Shown: positions 28,536 through 38,775, counted from the first letter of the stretch. The stretch is 64,000 nucleotides of DNA from Actinomycetota bacterium (GCA_035512775.1 DATKDI010000081.1:7495-71494), one strand, 5' to 3'. The notes: generated by a model from the letters alone, not told the origin. Translations and numbers: made by a program.

Positions 28536-30002
28536 CTGAACGAGCGCGTCGAGGTCGAGGGCGTCGAGGTCTCGACCGAGCATTGGATCGGCGGTGAGCG
28601 CGTCCCATCCGGCTCGACCTTCGCCGACATCTCGCCGATCGACGAACAGGCCATCGCCGAGGTCGCCCGAGGCGGCGCGGACGAGGCTTCGAAGGCAGCC
28701 GATGCCGCGAAAATGGGCTTCGAGGCCTGGGGTTCGATGGAGCCGAAGCAACGGGCCGAGATCCTCCACCGGGTCGGAGAGCTGATCGAGGAAAGAGCGG
28801 CCGACATCGCGAAGGTCGAGACGCGGGACAACGGCTCCCTCCTCCGCTCGATGACGAACTCGGTGATCCCGAGGGCCGGCTACAACTTCCACTACTTCGC
28901 CGATCATCTCGAGAAGCTCACGGTCGACGACTTCGATACCCGTGGTCACACGAACCACGTGAGCTGGAACCCGTCCGGCGTCGCCGTCGTGATCACGCCG
29001 TGGAACGCGCCATTGATGCTCGCGACCTGGCGGATCGCGCCGGCGCTCGCCGCCGGCGACGCCGTGATCGCGAAGCCCCCGGAGTGGGCGCCGCTGACCG
29101 CCTCGCTCCTGGCCGACATCACGAAAGACGCCGGGATGCCCGACGGCGCCTTCAACGTGGTGCAGGGGATCGGGGAGGAGGCCGGCGCCGCCCTGGTCGC
29201 GCATCCCGACGTGAACCGGGTCGCGTTCACGGGGTCGGTCCCCACCGGGAAGCTCGTCGCCGCGGCCGCCGGTGCGAACCTCACGCCCGTCTCGCTCGAG
29301 CTCGGCGGCAAGGCGCCGTTCCTGATCTTCGCCGACACCGATCTCGACGCCGCGGTGAAGCAAGCCGTGAACCAGTTCGACAATGCGGGCCAGGTCTGCC
29401 TCGCTGGCACCCGGCTTCTGGTCGAGGACGCGATCCATGACGAGTTCTTGCATCGGTTCACGGAGGCCGCCGCCGCGATCCGCCAGGGTGACCCTCGCGA
29501 GGACACCACCGACATCGGGCCGCAGATCACCCGGGAGCACTTCGACCGGGTCGACGGCTACGTGCAGCGCGCCAAGGCCGACGGCGTCGAGGTCGTGTTC
29601 GGCGGCGGGCCGAACGAGGAGCTCGGCGGCCTCTACTACCGGCCGACGCTGTTCCGCGAGCCGCCCCGCGACGCCGAGATCGTCCAACACGAGGTCTTCG
29701 GCCCCGTCCTCACGCTCCAACGCTTCTCCGGTGAGGACGAGGGCGTCGCATTGGCGAACGACACGACCTACGGCCTGTCGGCGATCGTCTACACAGGCGA
29801 CCCCGATCGCGCCGAGCGGGTCTCAGCGGCGCTCGTGGCCGGCACCGTGTGGGTGAACTCCTTCTATGTCCGTGATCTGCGAGCCCCTTTCGGCGGCTCA
29901 CGCAACAGCGGGATCGGCCGGGAGGGCGGCATCTGGAGCTTCGACTTCTACTCCGACGTGAAGAACGTCTGCATGGCCCCATGGACGCCAACGGAACACT
30001 GA
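28536..30002 (+). CDS. NAD-dependent aldehyde dehydrogenase (hydroxymuconate-semialdehyde DH/HpaE-like)
   Basis: ITPWNAP, FTGSVPTG, LELGGK, NAGQVC, EVFGPV, GREGG. The conserved N-terminus (HWIGGE..F..ISP) extends to a CTG at 28536 preceded by SD GGAGG. Confidence 0.92.
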   Translation: MNERVEVEGVEVSTEHWIGGERVPSGSTFADISPIDEQAIAEVARGGADEASKAADAAKMGFEAWGSMEPKQRAEILHRVGELIEERAADIAKVETRDNGSLLRSMTNSVIPRAGYNFHYFADHLEKLTVDDFDTRGHTNHVSWNPSGVAVVITPWNAPLMLATWRIAPALAAGDAVIAKPPEWAPLTASLLADITKDAGMPDGAFNVVQGIGEEAGAALVAHPDVNRVAFTGSVPTGKLVAAAAGANLTPVSLELGGKAPFLIFADTDLDAAVKQAVNQFDNAGQVCLAGTRLLVEDAIHDEFLHRFTEAAAAIRQGDPREDTTDIGPQITREHFDRVDGYVQRAKADGVEVVFGGGPNEELGGLYYRPTLFREPPRDAEIVQHEVFGPVLTLQRFSGEDEGVALANDTTYGLSAIVYTGDPDRAERVSAALVAGTVWVNSFYVRDLRAPFGGSRNSGIGREGGIWSFDFYSDVKNVCMAPWTPTEH

Positions 30003-30014
30003 GAGGAGCACGCG

Positions 30015-30914
30015 ATGGGTGAGATCGTCGGCGCGGGGATCGTCTCGCACGTCCCCACGATCATGTTGCCGGAGGAAGTGCGGCTGGAGATCAACGAGGG
30101 CAAGGAGATCACCCTCGTCCCCGGGCTGCAGCGGCTCCGGACCGAGGTGCTCGACCGAGTCCAGGCCGACACGTTCGTCTTGATGGACACCCACTGGGAG
30201 GTGACGTTCGAGCACATCATCACCGCGCACGAGAAGCGCGAGGGGATCTTCACCTCGCACGAGCTGCCGCGCGGGATGCGCCAGATCCCGTACGAGATGC
30301 CGGGCGACCCCGAGCTCGCGTTCGCCGTCTCGAAGGAGGCCGAGAACCGCGACGACACGTGGGTGCTCGCCTCCGACGACCCGTACCTGCCGATCTTCTA
30401 CGGGACCATCAACATCTGGTCCTACCTCAAGGACGGCCCGGAGAAGTGGGTGAGCGTCGGCATCAACCAGTGCGGGACCACGGAGGACTTCCTCCTCCTA
30501 GGGGAGCTGATCGGCGAGGCCGTGCTGTCGCTGGATCGGAAGGTCGTGCTCCTCGCTTCGGGCGGGCTGTCGCATCGCTTCCTGCCGTTCCGCGAGCTGC
30601 GGGGCCGCGAGAGCTCCGACCCGATGAAGAACATCATCACGCCCGAGGCTCGAGAGGCCGATCTGCACGTGCTCGACCTGCTCCAGAAGGGAGATCATGC
30701 GTCGCTGATCGATTGGGTGCCGGAGTACAAGAAGGTCGGACCGGAGGGCAAGTTCGGTCACTACCTGATCATGGCCGGCGCGCTCGGCGGTGCGGCGTGC
30801 ACGGCGCCGGGCGAGCTCTTCAGCGAGTACGAGGCCTCGGTCGGCACGGGCCAGGTCCACGTGTGGTTCGAACGGCCGGCGACCGGTTGGACCGGCTCGA
30901 CGACGGCGGCGTAG
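30015..30914 (+). CDS. Class III (LigB/HpaD/DODA-type) extradiol ring-cleavage dioxygenase
   Basis: SHVPT, DTHW, ASGGLSH, EGKFGHY metal/catalytic histidine pattern. Confidence 0.85.
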   Translation: MGEIVGAGIVSHVPTIMLPEEVRLEINEGKEITLVPGLQRLRTEVLDRVQADTFVLMDTHWEVTFEHIITAHEKREGIFTSHELPRGMRQIPYEMPGDPELAFAVSKEAENRDDTWVLASDDPYLPIFYGTINIWSYLKDGPEKWVSVGINQCGTTEDFLLLGELIGEAVLSLDRKVVLLASGGLSHRFLPFRELRGRESSDPMKNIITPEAREADLHVLDLLQKGDHASLIDWVPEYKKVGPEGKFGHYLIMAGALGGAACTAPGELFSEYEASVGTGQVHVWFERPATGWTGSTTAA

Positions 30915-30944
30915 GGTTCGCGAAGTCAACCGAAGGGGGCTTGC

Positions 30945-32441
30945 GTGGCAACCGAGATGGACAAGATGACCGGAGACACCGGATACGAGCGGCTGGGGAG
31001 GCGGCGGCTGAAGCTCGTGGACGTCGTCGCGCAGTCCGTCGGCCTGATCGGCCCCGTGTTCTCGGCGGCGTTCCTGATCCCGTTGATCGCGGGCTTCAAC
31101 TTCTCCGGCAACGGCGCAGGGATCGCCACTCCGTTCGCGGTGATCCTGGCCGCCATCGGAGTGCTCGCACTGGGATGGATCGTGGCGCAGTACGCGAAGC
31201 GCGTCCACGCGGCGGGGTCCCTCTACGACTACGTGACGATGGGCTTCGGTTCGCGTGTGGGCGGCTGGGCCGGGTGGATCTACTACGGAGGCACCCTCCT
31301 GCTCTCCTCGGCGATCGCCGTCCTGGTGGGCTGGTTCCTTCGCGACAACATCCTTCCCGCGTTCGAGATCGACCCGATTATGCCTTCGTGGGCATGGTCC
31401 CTGATCTACGTCGGCCTCGTCTTCCTGATCCTCGCGGCCGGCGTCCAGATCTCGACCCGCGTCCAGCTCCTGCTCGCGCTCGTCTCCGTGGTGGTCGTGC
31501 TCGGCTTCTTCATCAACGTGATCATCAACGCGCCGGAGAATAGCTTGAAGGCGTTCAACCCTGCGGAGGCGCCGAACTACACGGGGATCCTGTTCGGCGT
31601 GTTGTACGGCGTCTTGATCTTCGTCGGGTTCGAGACGGCGGCGAACCTCGCCGAAGAGGCAGAGCAGCCGAAGCGCGCGATCCCGAAGGCGGTGATGCTG
31701 TCGGTGGCGATCGTCTCCGTCTTCTACGTGATCGCCGCGTACGCGCAGGTCGCCGGGTTCGGGTTCGATCTCGCGGTCCTGACCTCTCCGGAGGTCGCCG
31801 CGGCGCCGTTGTTCGCGCTCGGGTCTCCCGATTCTGCCGGAGGCATGGGGGGCTCGTCGGACACGATGCTCAAGATCCTGCTCGTCGTCGTGTTACTGGA
31901 CGTGATGGCGGTGGGGCTGGGCGCGGCGACGGCAACCACCCGCGGGCTCTTCGCGCTAGCGCGCGACAGGAAGATCCCCGGGGTCATCGCCGCAACGACC
32001 AAGGGTGGCAATCCGGTCGCGGCCGCGCTCGTCGTGGCCGTCGTGTCCGCCGCGTGGGTCCTGTCGACGGTCGCGTTCGACTCGCTCTTCGCTAACGGCG
32101 CGTTGGAAGGCGTGCCGCACGAGCTGGGGGTGTTCCAGTGGATCTCGACGCTCGGAGCGTTCCTGATCATGTTCGTGTACGGGATCATGGCGCTGGGCGC
32201 CTTCGTCGGGCTGAGCGATCACCCGAACAAGGTCGCCCTCGTGATCTCCGGCCTGCTCGGCACAACCGTCGCCGTCGGTGCGATCTTCGGCGCGATCTAC
32301 AAGGTGGCACCACCGTTCGACGGCATCTGGGTCTGGGGTGTCATCTGGGCGGCGCTGGGTCTGCTCGTGACGCTCGCCGTGAGGGGACGCGAGCCGGCTC
32401 GCCAGGTGCTCACCGACCTCTCGACGGGGGAGGAGGGCTGA
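30945..32441 (+). CDS. APC family amino acid/amine permease
   Basis: AQSVGLIGP, AGSLYDY, FVGFETAANLAEE, RGLFALARD; about 12 TM. Confidence 0.92.
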   Translation: MATEMDKMTGDTGYERLGRRRLKLVDVVAQSVGLIGPVFSAAFLIPLIAGFNFSGNGAGIATPFAVILAAIGVLALGWIVAQYAKRVHAAGSLYDYVTMGFGSRVGGWAGWIYYGGTLLLSSAIAVLVGWFLRDNILPAFEIDPIMPSWAWSLIYVGLVFLILAAGVQISTRVQLLLALVSVVVVLGFFINVIINAPENSLKAFNPAEAPNYTGILFGVLYGVLIFVGFETAANLAEEAEQPKRAIPKAVMLSVAIVSVFYVIAAYAQVAGFGFDLAVLTSPEVAAAPLFALGSPDSAGGMGGSSDTMLKILLVVVLLDVMAVGLGAATATTRGLFALARDRKIPGVIAATTKGGNPVAAALVVAVVSAAWVLSTVAFDSLFANGALEGVPHELGVFQWISTLGAFLIMFVYGIMALGAFVGLSDHPNKVALVISGLLGTTVAVGAIFGAIYKVAPPFDGIWVWGVIWAALGLLVTLAVRGREPARQVLTDLSTGEEG

Positions 32442-32461
32442 GGGACTCGAGGACCGCAGGG

Positions 32462-33834
32462 ATGGACGACTCCGATCGGCCGCTGCGGCTCGACGCGCCT
32501 CGGGAGGAGGCGCTCGAGCATGCGGCGAAGCTCGTCGCCGAGGCATGGCGGAGCTTCGACCGCCCCCGGCCGGAGGAGCCACCGCTCGACGAGGGGCTCC
32601 GGGCGCTCCTGCAGGCCGGGCTCCCACAGGAGCCGGTGAGCGTCCACGAGGCGTTGGAGGACGCGGCTCGTGCGCTCGACGAGTCGATCGCCCAGCCGCG
32701 CCCCCGGTACTTCGCGTTCATCGGATCGTCCGGCCTCGAGATCGGGGCGCTCGGAGACCTGCTGGCGTCCACGTACGACATGAACCTCGCCGTGGACGCG
32801 CGTGCCGCCACGATGATCGAGCAGCAGGCGGTCGGGTGGGTAGGGGAATTCGTCGGCTATCCGGCGACGAACGGCGCCTTCACGAGCGGCGGCACGATCT
32901 CGAACATGACCGCGTTGGCGGCGGGCTCCGCGCCGCCGTGTACGCCTCGGCCGAGGTCCACTACTCGATCACCCGCGCCGTGGAGCTGCTCGGGATCGGG
33001 AGCGACCGGCTCCGCGACATCCCGATCGACGGCGAGCACCGGATGCGCCCGGAGCTGCTGGCCGAGTCGATCGACCGGGACGTGGCCGATGGCGTGACGG
33101 CGGTCGCGGTGATCGCGACCGCCGGAACCACGCTCACCGGCGCGATCGACCCGGTCGCGCAGATCGCCGACGTCTGCGAGGCACGCGGGATCTGGCTGCA
33201 CGTGGACGGCGCCTACGGGCTGCCCGCCGCATCGGTCGTGCCCGACCGATTCGCGGGCGTCGAGCGCGCCGACTCGATCAGCGTCGACGCGCACAAGTGG
33301 CTCTACGTCCCCAAGGCGTGCAGCCTGGCGCTCGTCCGAGAGCCCGGCGCGCTCTCGCAGGCGTTCGCGCACGAGCAGGGTTACCTTCCGCATCAGCAAC
33401 ACGAGCTGCACGCGGCCGACATCACCCTGGAGTACTCGCGTCCGCTCCGGGCGCTGAAGCTCTGGCTCGCGTTCCGTGCGCACGGTGCCGAGCAGTTCCG
33501 GGAAGCGATCCGCCGGAACCTCGCGGAGGCACAGCTCCTGCATCGGGCCGCTTCGGATCGACCGAGCTTCGAGACGTTCGACGCCCCTCCGCATCTATCG
33601 ATCGTGCCGCTCAGGCACACCCCGAAGGGAGTGGATGACCTCGACGCCCACAACCAGTCCCTCGCCGAGGCGATCCAGGCCGACGGCCGCGTCTATCTCG
33701 CCTCGGCGCTGATCGAGGGGAAAGTCTGGCTCCGTCCGTGCTTCGTGAACTACCGCACCACCGACGACGACGTGATCGCGATCCTCGACGTCGCCGACGA
33801 ACTTGGGGAAAGGATCGCGAAGGGGTCTTCGTGA
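32462..33834 (+). pseudogene. Group II PLP-dependent (aromatic amino acid-type) decarboxylase, frameshifted at ~32925
   Basis: N-half (PRYFAFIG, FTSGGTISNMTAL) in one frame; C-half (SAEVHYS, WLHVDGAYG, DAHKWL, LRPCFVN) in another. Confidence 0.85.
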
Positions 33835-34328
33835 GCGCCGACGGCCTGCTGCCCGCCGAACGCAAGATCGTGGAGGAGCTCGGACACCTTCCGCTCGACT
33901 TCCGAGCGATGTGGGCCATCTCCAACGTCTTCCGGAGCGGCGCCGCGATCAGACGTCACCTCGAGTCCACCGTGCTCGCCGCCGATCGACTGTCATGGAC
34001 CGCCTTCACCGCACTCTGGGTGCTCTGGATCTGGGGCGAGATGGAGGCTCGCGACTTCGCGGCCGCGGTCGGGATCAGCCGCCCGACCGCGAGCGGGGTT
34101 CTCACCACGTTGCAGGGCCGACGCTACGTGAGGCGCCGGAAGGCATCGAAGGACGGTCGGGTGGTCCTCGTCTCGCTGACCCCGAGCGGCCGGAAGAAGA
34201 TCGAGGCGCTGTTCCCGCGGTTCAACGCCGAGGAGGCTCGGGTCGCCTCTGTCCTGGCCGAGGAGGAGCAGGAACGGTTCGCCGAGATGCTTCGCACGCT
34301 CCTCCGCGGCGTCGACGCGGGGCGCTGA
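33831..34328 (+). CDS. MarR family transcriptional regulator
   Basis: ISRPTASGVLTTL...DGRVVLVSLTPSG winged helix; GTG overlaps the decarboxylase stop. Confidence 0.92.
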   Translation: MSADGLLPAERKIVEELGHLPLDFRAMWAISNVFRSGAAIRRHLESTVLAADRLSWTAFTALWVLWIWGEMEARDFAAAVGISRPTASGVLTTLQGRRYVRRRKASKDGRVVLVSLTPSGRKKIEALFPRFNAEEARVASVLAEEEQERFAEMLRTLLRGVDAGR

Positions 34329-34333
34329 TCGCC

Positions 34334-35581
34334 CTAGACGGTCCGGACCCGGACAGGCATCCGCTTGATCCCGTTGACGAAATCCGACCGGATCCGCTCG
34401 ACCGGCCCCGCGAGCTCGATCGAATTCAGGCGCGGGAGGAGCTCCTGGAAGAGGATCTTCGTCTCCAGCCGGGCGAGGTGTGCCCCCAGACAGAAGTGCG
34501 GGCCACCCGGGCCGAACGTCACGTGGTCGTTCGGCGTCCTCGTGACGTCGAACGTGTAGGGGTCGGGGAAGACTTCCTCGTCGCGGTTGGCGCTCGTGAA
34601 CCAGGTGACGACCTTGTCGCCCCGCTGGATCTTCGCGCCACGGAGCTCGAGGTCGCGAGTGGCCGTCCGGCGGAAGTGGTGCACGGGCGTCGCCCATCGG
34701 AGGATCTCCTCGGTCGCGCGCGGGATCCGCTCGGGGTCTTCCTGCAAGAGCTTCAGCTGCTCCGGATGCTCCATCAGCGCGAGCATCCCGTGGCTGATCG
34801 TGTGCCGCGTCGTCTCGTTGCCCGCGATCATCAGCACCCCGAAGTAGTTGTGGAACTCCTGCTCGTTCAGGACGCCCTCCGACTGTGCGACCGTGAGGGC
34901 GTTGATCACGTCGTCCTGCGGATCCTTCAGGCGCAGGTCGCGCTGACCGTCGGCGTAGTCGAACACCTCGTAGGCGGCCGGGGAGCGGAACGGCAGGAGC
35001 CGGTAGGCCTCGGTGTCCACTCGGTCGACCACTGCCCGGGAGAGGTCGGGGTCCTGGTTCGCGATCATCTGGTCGCCCCAGGAGATCAGTTGCGGCGCGT
35101 CCTCTTGCGGGACCGTGAAGATCGAGCAGAGGAACCGGATCGGCAGGTCTCGGCTGATCTCGGGCACGAAGTCGAACTCGCCCGTGGGGAGCGCCTTGTC
35201 CAAGACGTCGCTCGCGACCTCGCGGATCCAGTCCTCGTACTTGCCGACCCCGCGCGCGGAGAAGCGGCTGGAGCAGATCCGTCGGAGCTGGGTGTGCCGG
35301 GGAGGGTCGGTCTCGAGCATCGACTTCCTGATCTCGAGCTGCTCGTCGTCGAGCTCCTCGAGTGCGACCGCGCCGAGCTCCGAGGAATAGGTCTGCCAGT
35401 CCATGTGGATCGCGGTGAGGTCGTCGTAGCGGGTGACCGCCCAGAAGCCCTTGTTGGGCGGGCGTTCCGGATGCCAGAAGACCGGGTGCTCGTGGCGGAG
35501 GTGATCGAACCAGTCGTAGGGAACGCCCTCGACGTAGTTGTCGGGGTTCGCGAGATCGATCTCGGGGTGTTCCTCGGCCAT
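34334..35581 (-). CDS. Cytochrome P450 (CYP124/125-like appearance)
   Basis: DPPRHT, I-helix AGNETT, EEILR (ExxR), FGPGGPHFCLG heme motif. Start at 35581 lies 7 nt after TATGAT. Confidence 0.95.
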   Translation of the reverse strand: MAEEHPEIDLANPDNYVEGVPYDWFDHLRHEHPVFWHPERPPNKGFWAVTRYDDLTAIHMDWQTYSSELGAVALEELDDEQLEIRKSMLETDPPRHTQLRRICSSRFSARGVGKYEDWIREVASDVLDKALPTGEFDFVPEISRDLPIRFLCSIFTVPQEDAPQLISWGDQMIANQDPDLSRAVVDRVDTEAYRLLPFRSPAAYEVFDYADGQRDLRLKDPQDDVINALTVAQSEGVLNEQEFHNYFGVLMIAGNETTRHTISHGMLALMEHPEQLKLLQEDPERIPRATEEILRWATPVHHFRRTATRDLELRGAKIQRGDKVVTWFTSANRDEEVFPDPYTFDVTRTPNDHVTFGPGGPHFCLGAHLARLETKILFQELLPRLNSIELAGPVERIRSDFVNGIKRMPVRVRTV

Positions 35582-35588
35582 CGAGCGA

Positions 35589-35594
35589 ATCATA
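35589..35594 (-). promoter_or_regulatory. -10 hexamer TATGAT of a probable leaderless P450 transcript
   Basis: Near-consensus -10, 7 nt before ATG, no SD. Confidence 0.6.
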
Positions 35595-35600
35595 CGGGCA

Positions 35601-36905
35601 CTAGAAATACGGGAGGTAGTACTCGAGCTCCCAGGGCGTGACCTCGGTGTCGGACGTCTCGCCCGCAGCCTCGTAGCGATCCCACTCCGCGCGCTTGAGG
35701 GCGACGAACGACTCCACGAGCCATTCGCCCATCGCGCCGACGAGCTTGGTGTCCGACTGGAGCTCGTCCAGCGCGTCGGAGAGCGTGTTGGCGACCGCCA
35801 CGTCGGTGTTGGGTTCGGCTCCGGGCTCCTGCCGGGGGCCGAGCTCCAACTCTTCCGTGACGCCGATCCGGGCCGCGTGGAGCAGCGCGGCACCGGCCAG
35901 ATAGGGGTTGGCAGCGGCGTCGGCCATCCGGTGCTCGATGCGCGAGCCCTCTCCCCGTGCCGACGGGACGCGGATGCCCACGGTCCGGTCGTCGAGTCCC
36001 CAGTTGGCGAGGTAGCCGTTCAACATGTCGGGCTTCAGACGCTTGTAGGCGTTGACGGTGGGGGCGCAGATCGCCGCCATGCCACGGTGGTGTGCGAGCA
36101 GGCCCGCGATCGACCTTCGGGCGAGCTCGGACAGTCCGTCGGGATCGTCGGGATCGTGGAACGCATTCGACCCGTCGCGACGGCGGAACGAGAGGTTCAT
36201 ATGCATGCCGCACCCGCCGCGATCGTTGAACGGCCTGCCCAGGAACGTGGCGTGCTTGCCGTGCCGGGCGGCGATCTCACGTACGAGCACGCGGAACAGG
36301 AACGCCTCGTCGGCGGCCGCGATCCCGTCCCGGTAGCGCCAGTTCACCTCGTAGGCCGCCGAGTCGAACTCGCTGCACCAGCTCTCCACGTGGAAGCCCG
36401 AAGCGAGCGAGGCCGTGACCATGTCGTGGATGGCGCCACTCGGGTCCACCGACATCCCGGTGCCGTAGACGCGGTGCGAGGGCAGCTCGGCCGGGACCCA
36501 CGCGCCGTCCTCGGCCTGCTCGCACAGATAGAACTCCAGCTCGAACGCCAGCTGCGGCTCCAGGCCCATGTCGCGCCATGCCTGGATCGCCTGCTTCAGG
36601 ACCTGCCGCGGGTCGAGCTCCAGCGGGCGGCCGTGCTGCGCCACGTCGGCGATCCCGACCATGGTGTCGTCCTCCCAGCCCGGTCGAAGGGTGTCGCGGT
36701 CCAGCTGGGCCTCGACGTCGGGGAGTCCGATATCGAACTGCTGTCGCGGGATCGGCAGGATCTCCCGGTCCGTGGTGAGCGGGTAGAGCCCGATGCAGAA
36801 CGCCGCGTGGCCGGCCTCCGCGACGTCGCCGAACAGGTACTTCCCGCGCTCGAGCCCGAGGATGTCCGGGATGAGCAATCGCAGCCGCCTACCGCTCAGG
36901 TCCAT
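35601..36905 (-). CDS. Glutamine synthetase-like gamma-glutamyl-amine ligase (PuuA/GlnA3-4 type)
   Basis: DILGLERGK, FELEFY, E...YEVN, GCGMHMNLS, NRT-like DRTVGIR, RIEHRMADAAANPYL. GS family but not canonical GlnA. Confidence 0.85.
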   Translation of the reverse strand: MDLSGRRLRLLIPDILGLERGKYLFGDVAEAGHAAFCIGLYPLTTDREILPIPRQQFDIGLPDVEAQLDRDTLRPGWEDDTMVGIADVAQHGRPLELDPRQVLKQAIQAWRDMGLEPQLAFELEFYLCEQAEDGAWVPAELPSHRVYGTGMSVDPSGAIHDMVTASLASGFHVESWCSEFDSAAYEVNWRYRDGIAAADEAFLFRVLVREIAARHGKHATFLGRPFNDRGGCGMHMNLSFRRRDGSNAFHDPDDPDGLSELARRSIAGLLAHHRGMAAICAPTVNAYKRLKPDMLNGYLANWGLDDRTVGIRVPSARGEGSRIEHRMADAAANPYLAGAALLHAARIGVTEELELGPRQEPGAEPNTDVAVANTLSDALDELQSDTKLVGAMGEWLVESFVALKRAEWDRYEAAGETSDTEVTPWELEYYLPYF

Positions 36906-36989
36906 GTCCCGCCCTTCCTGTGGTGGCTCAGGGAAGGTATCTGATGCCGGACGGTTCCGCTCGGCTGGAGCGCCTACTGCCGAACCGCG

Positions 36990-37835
36990 TCAGCCCCGTT
37001 TCGGGGCCCTGACGCCGCGGAACTCCCAGTCCCCGCCGAACGCGGTCGAGATCACCTCTTCGGACTCCGAGGGCTTGGCACCGACGTCTTCGCGCACCGG
37101 CACGTCGCCTTCGACGATGAAGTTGCGAAGGACGCCGAGCCCTTCGACCTCGACCTCGACGACATCGCCCGGATCGACCGGGCGGGAGTTGGCGGGTGTT
37201 CCCGAGAGGATCACGTCGTTGGGCAGGAGCGTGATCGTGCGGGCGATGTCCGCCACCAGGTACCGCATGTCCCAGATCATCTCGTCCGTGTTCCCGTCCT
37301 GCTTCACGTCGCCGTTCACGCGTGTCCGGATCGCCTTGCCGTGGAAGTCCCAGTCCGTGACGAGGCCGGGGCCGAGCGGACAGAGGGTGTCCGAGCCCTT
37401 CACTCGAAGCATCGAGCCGGCGTCGGTGTCGCGGAAGTCGTGGAGCCCGTAGTCGTTGGCGACGGTGTAGCCGAGGATGTAATCGTCGACCTCGTCGGGG
37501 GCGATGTGCTTGCAGCGCTCGCCGATCACGATCGCGATCTCGCCCTCGTAGTTCAGGTACCGGCATCGCGGAGGACGAACGACCTCGCCGCCGTGCGCGT
37601 TGAGCGAGGTCGTGGGCTTGTGGAAGAACGTGGGCGCCGGGCCGAGTGCCGCCTGGAACTCCGCCCGGCGACTCTCGTAGTTGAGGTGGACGCAGATGAT
37701 CTTCGACGGCTGGACGGGCGGGAGGTGGGCGGGTTCGTCCATCGGGATGCGCCGGCCGTCCGGCGCGACCAGCTCCTCGTCCTCGCGCGTGACTGTGGTG
37801 GCCACCCCGTCCAGGAGGATCCGCCGCGTTTCCAT
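36990..37835 (-). CDS. Fumarylacetoacetate hydrolase family protein (HpaG-like)
   Basis: KIICVHLNY, FFHKP, YEGEIA, NDYGLHD, KGSDTLCPLGP, LSGTP. Confidence 0.92.
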   Translation of the reverse strand: METRRILLDGVATTVTREDEELVAPDGRRIPMDEPAHLPPVQPSKIICVHLNYESRRAEFQAALGPAPTFFHKPTTSLNAHGGEVVRPPRCRYLNYEGEIAIVIGERCKHIAPDEVDDYILGYTVANDYGLHDFRDTDAGSMLRVKGSDTLCPLGPGLVTDWDFHGKAIRTRVNGDVKQDGNTDEMIWDMRYLVADIARTITLLPNDVILSGTPANSRPVDPGDVVEVEVEGLGVLRNFIVEGDVPVREDVGAKPSESEEVISTAFGGDWEFRGVRAPKRG

Positions 37836-37842
37836 CCGGCGA

Positions 37843-37849
37843 TAGCCTA
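37843..37849. promoter_or_regulatory. Overlapping divergent -10 elements (TAGCCT on +, TAGGCT on -)
   Basis: 20-bp intergenic gap; the hexamers lie 7 nt (plus) and 8 nt (minus) upstream of the respective start codons; no SD on either side. Confidence 0.55.
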
Positions 37850-37855
37850 CGGCCC

Positions 37856-38764
37856 GTGGGATGGCTCGTCGGCACGCGGAACGGGCTGTTCGGGCAGGGC
37901 GGAGACCATTGGCTCGACGGTCGCGAGATCACGGCGTCGGTGCCCGACGCGGATGGGTGGTGGGCGCTGGCGGACGGCCGCGACGTGATCCGGTTCCAGG
38001 GTGGCGCCGTGGAGGCGATCGCATCGATCGAGGAGGAGCTGGGCCGGTGCATGCTTCCGGTGGATGGCGGCGTGCTCGTCGGCACGGCGAACGCCCGGAT
38101 TGCCTTCGCGCGTTCGGGGTCGATCGAGATGCTCACGTCGTTCGACGGTGCGAAGGGTCGCGACCGCTGGTACACGCCGTGGGGTGGTCCTCCCGACACC
38201 CGGTCGCTGTCTGCCGCTCCCGACGGCGCTCTGTTCGCCAACGTGCATGTCGGCGGGATCCTTCGCGCGCGTGACCCTCATGACACGTGGGAGCCGACCA
38301 TCGACATCGATGCCGACGTGCACCAGGTCCTCGCGGACCCGATCAGGGCGGGGCACGTCGTCGCGGCGACGGCCCTCGGGCTGGCCGAGTCCCTCGACGG
38401 TGGCGACACCTGGCGGTTCATCACCGACGGTCTCCACGCGGCGTACGCGCGAGCGGTGGCGCTGGACGGCGAGGAGCTGTTCTTGAGCGCATCCGTCGGG
38501 CCTCGAGGCGGCCGGGCGGCCGTCTACCGTCTTCCGCCCGGGGAGATGGCGTTCGTCAGATCCACCGGCGGCCTCCCGGATCGGTTCGGCCAGAACATCG
38601 ACAGCCACTGCCTCGCGGCCGGGGGCGGCACGGTCATATTCGGCGCCGAAGGCGGCAGGCTGTTCGTCTCCGAGGATGGCGGCGCGTCGTGGCGCGACGC
38701 AGGCACCACCTATCCGGAGATCACATGCGTCGCGGTGGCGGACTCCGAAGGACCTGGGCCGTAG
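37856..38764 (+). CDS. BNR/Asp-box beta-propeller protein (WD40/YCF48-like)
   Basis: Asp-boxes SLDGGDTW and SEDGGASW; RWYTPWGGPPDTRS. Confidence 0.75.
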   Translation: MGWLVGTRNGLFGQGGDHWLDGREITASVPDADGWWALADGRDVIRFQGGAVEAIASIEEELGRCMLPVDGGVLVGTANARIAFARSGSIEMLTSFDGAKGRDRWYTPWGGPPDTRSLSAAPDGALFANVHVGGILRARDPHDTWEPTIDIDADVHQVLADPIRAGHVVAATALGLAESLDGGDTWRFITDGLHAAYARAVALDGEELFLSASVGPRGGRAAVYRLPPGEMAFVRSTGGLPDRFGQNIDSHCLAAGGGTVIFGAEGGRLFVSEDGGASWRDAGTTYPEITCVAVADSEGPGP

Positions 38765-38775
38765 ACTCCGCGTCC

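Noticed and set aside
35601-36905. Housekeeping glnA
   Set aside because: Lacks canonical GSI signature context and sits in a catabolic cluster; better read as a gamma-glutamyl-amine ligase.
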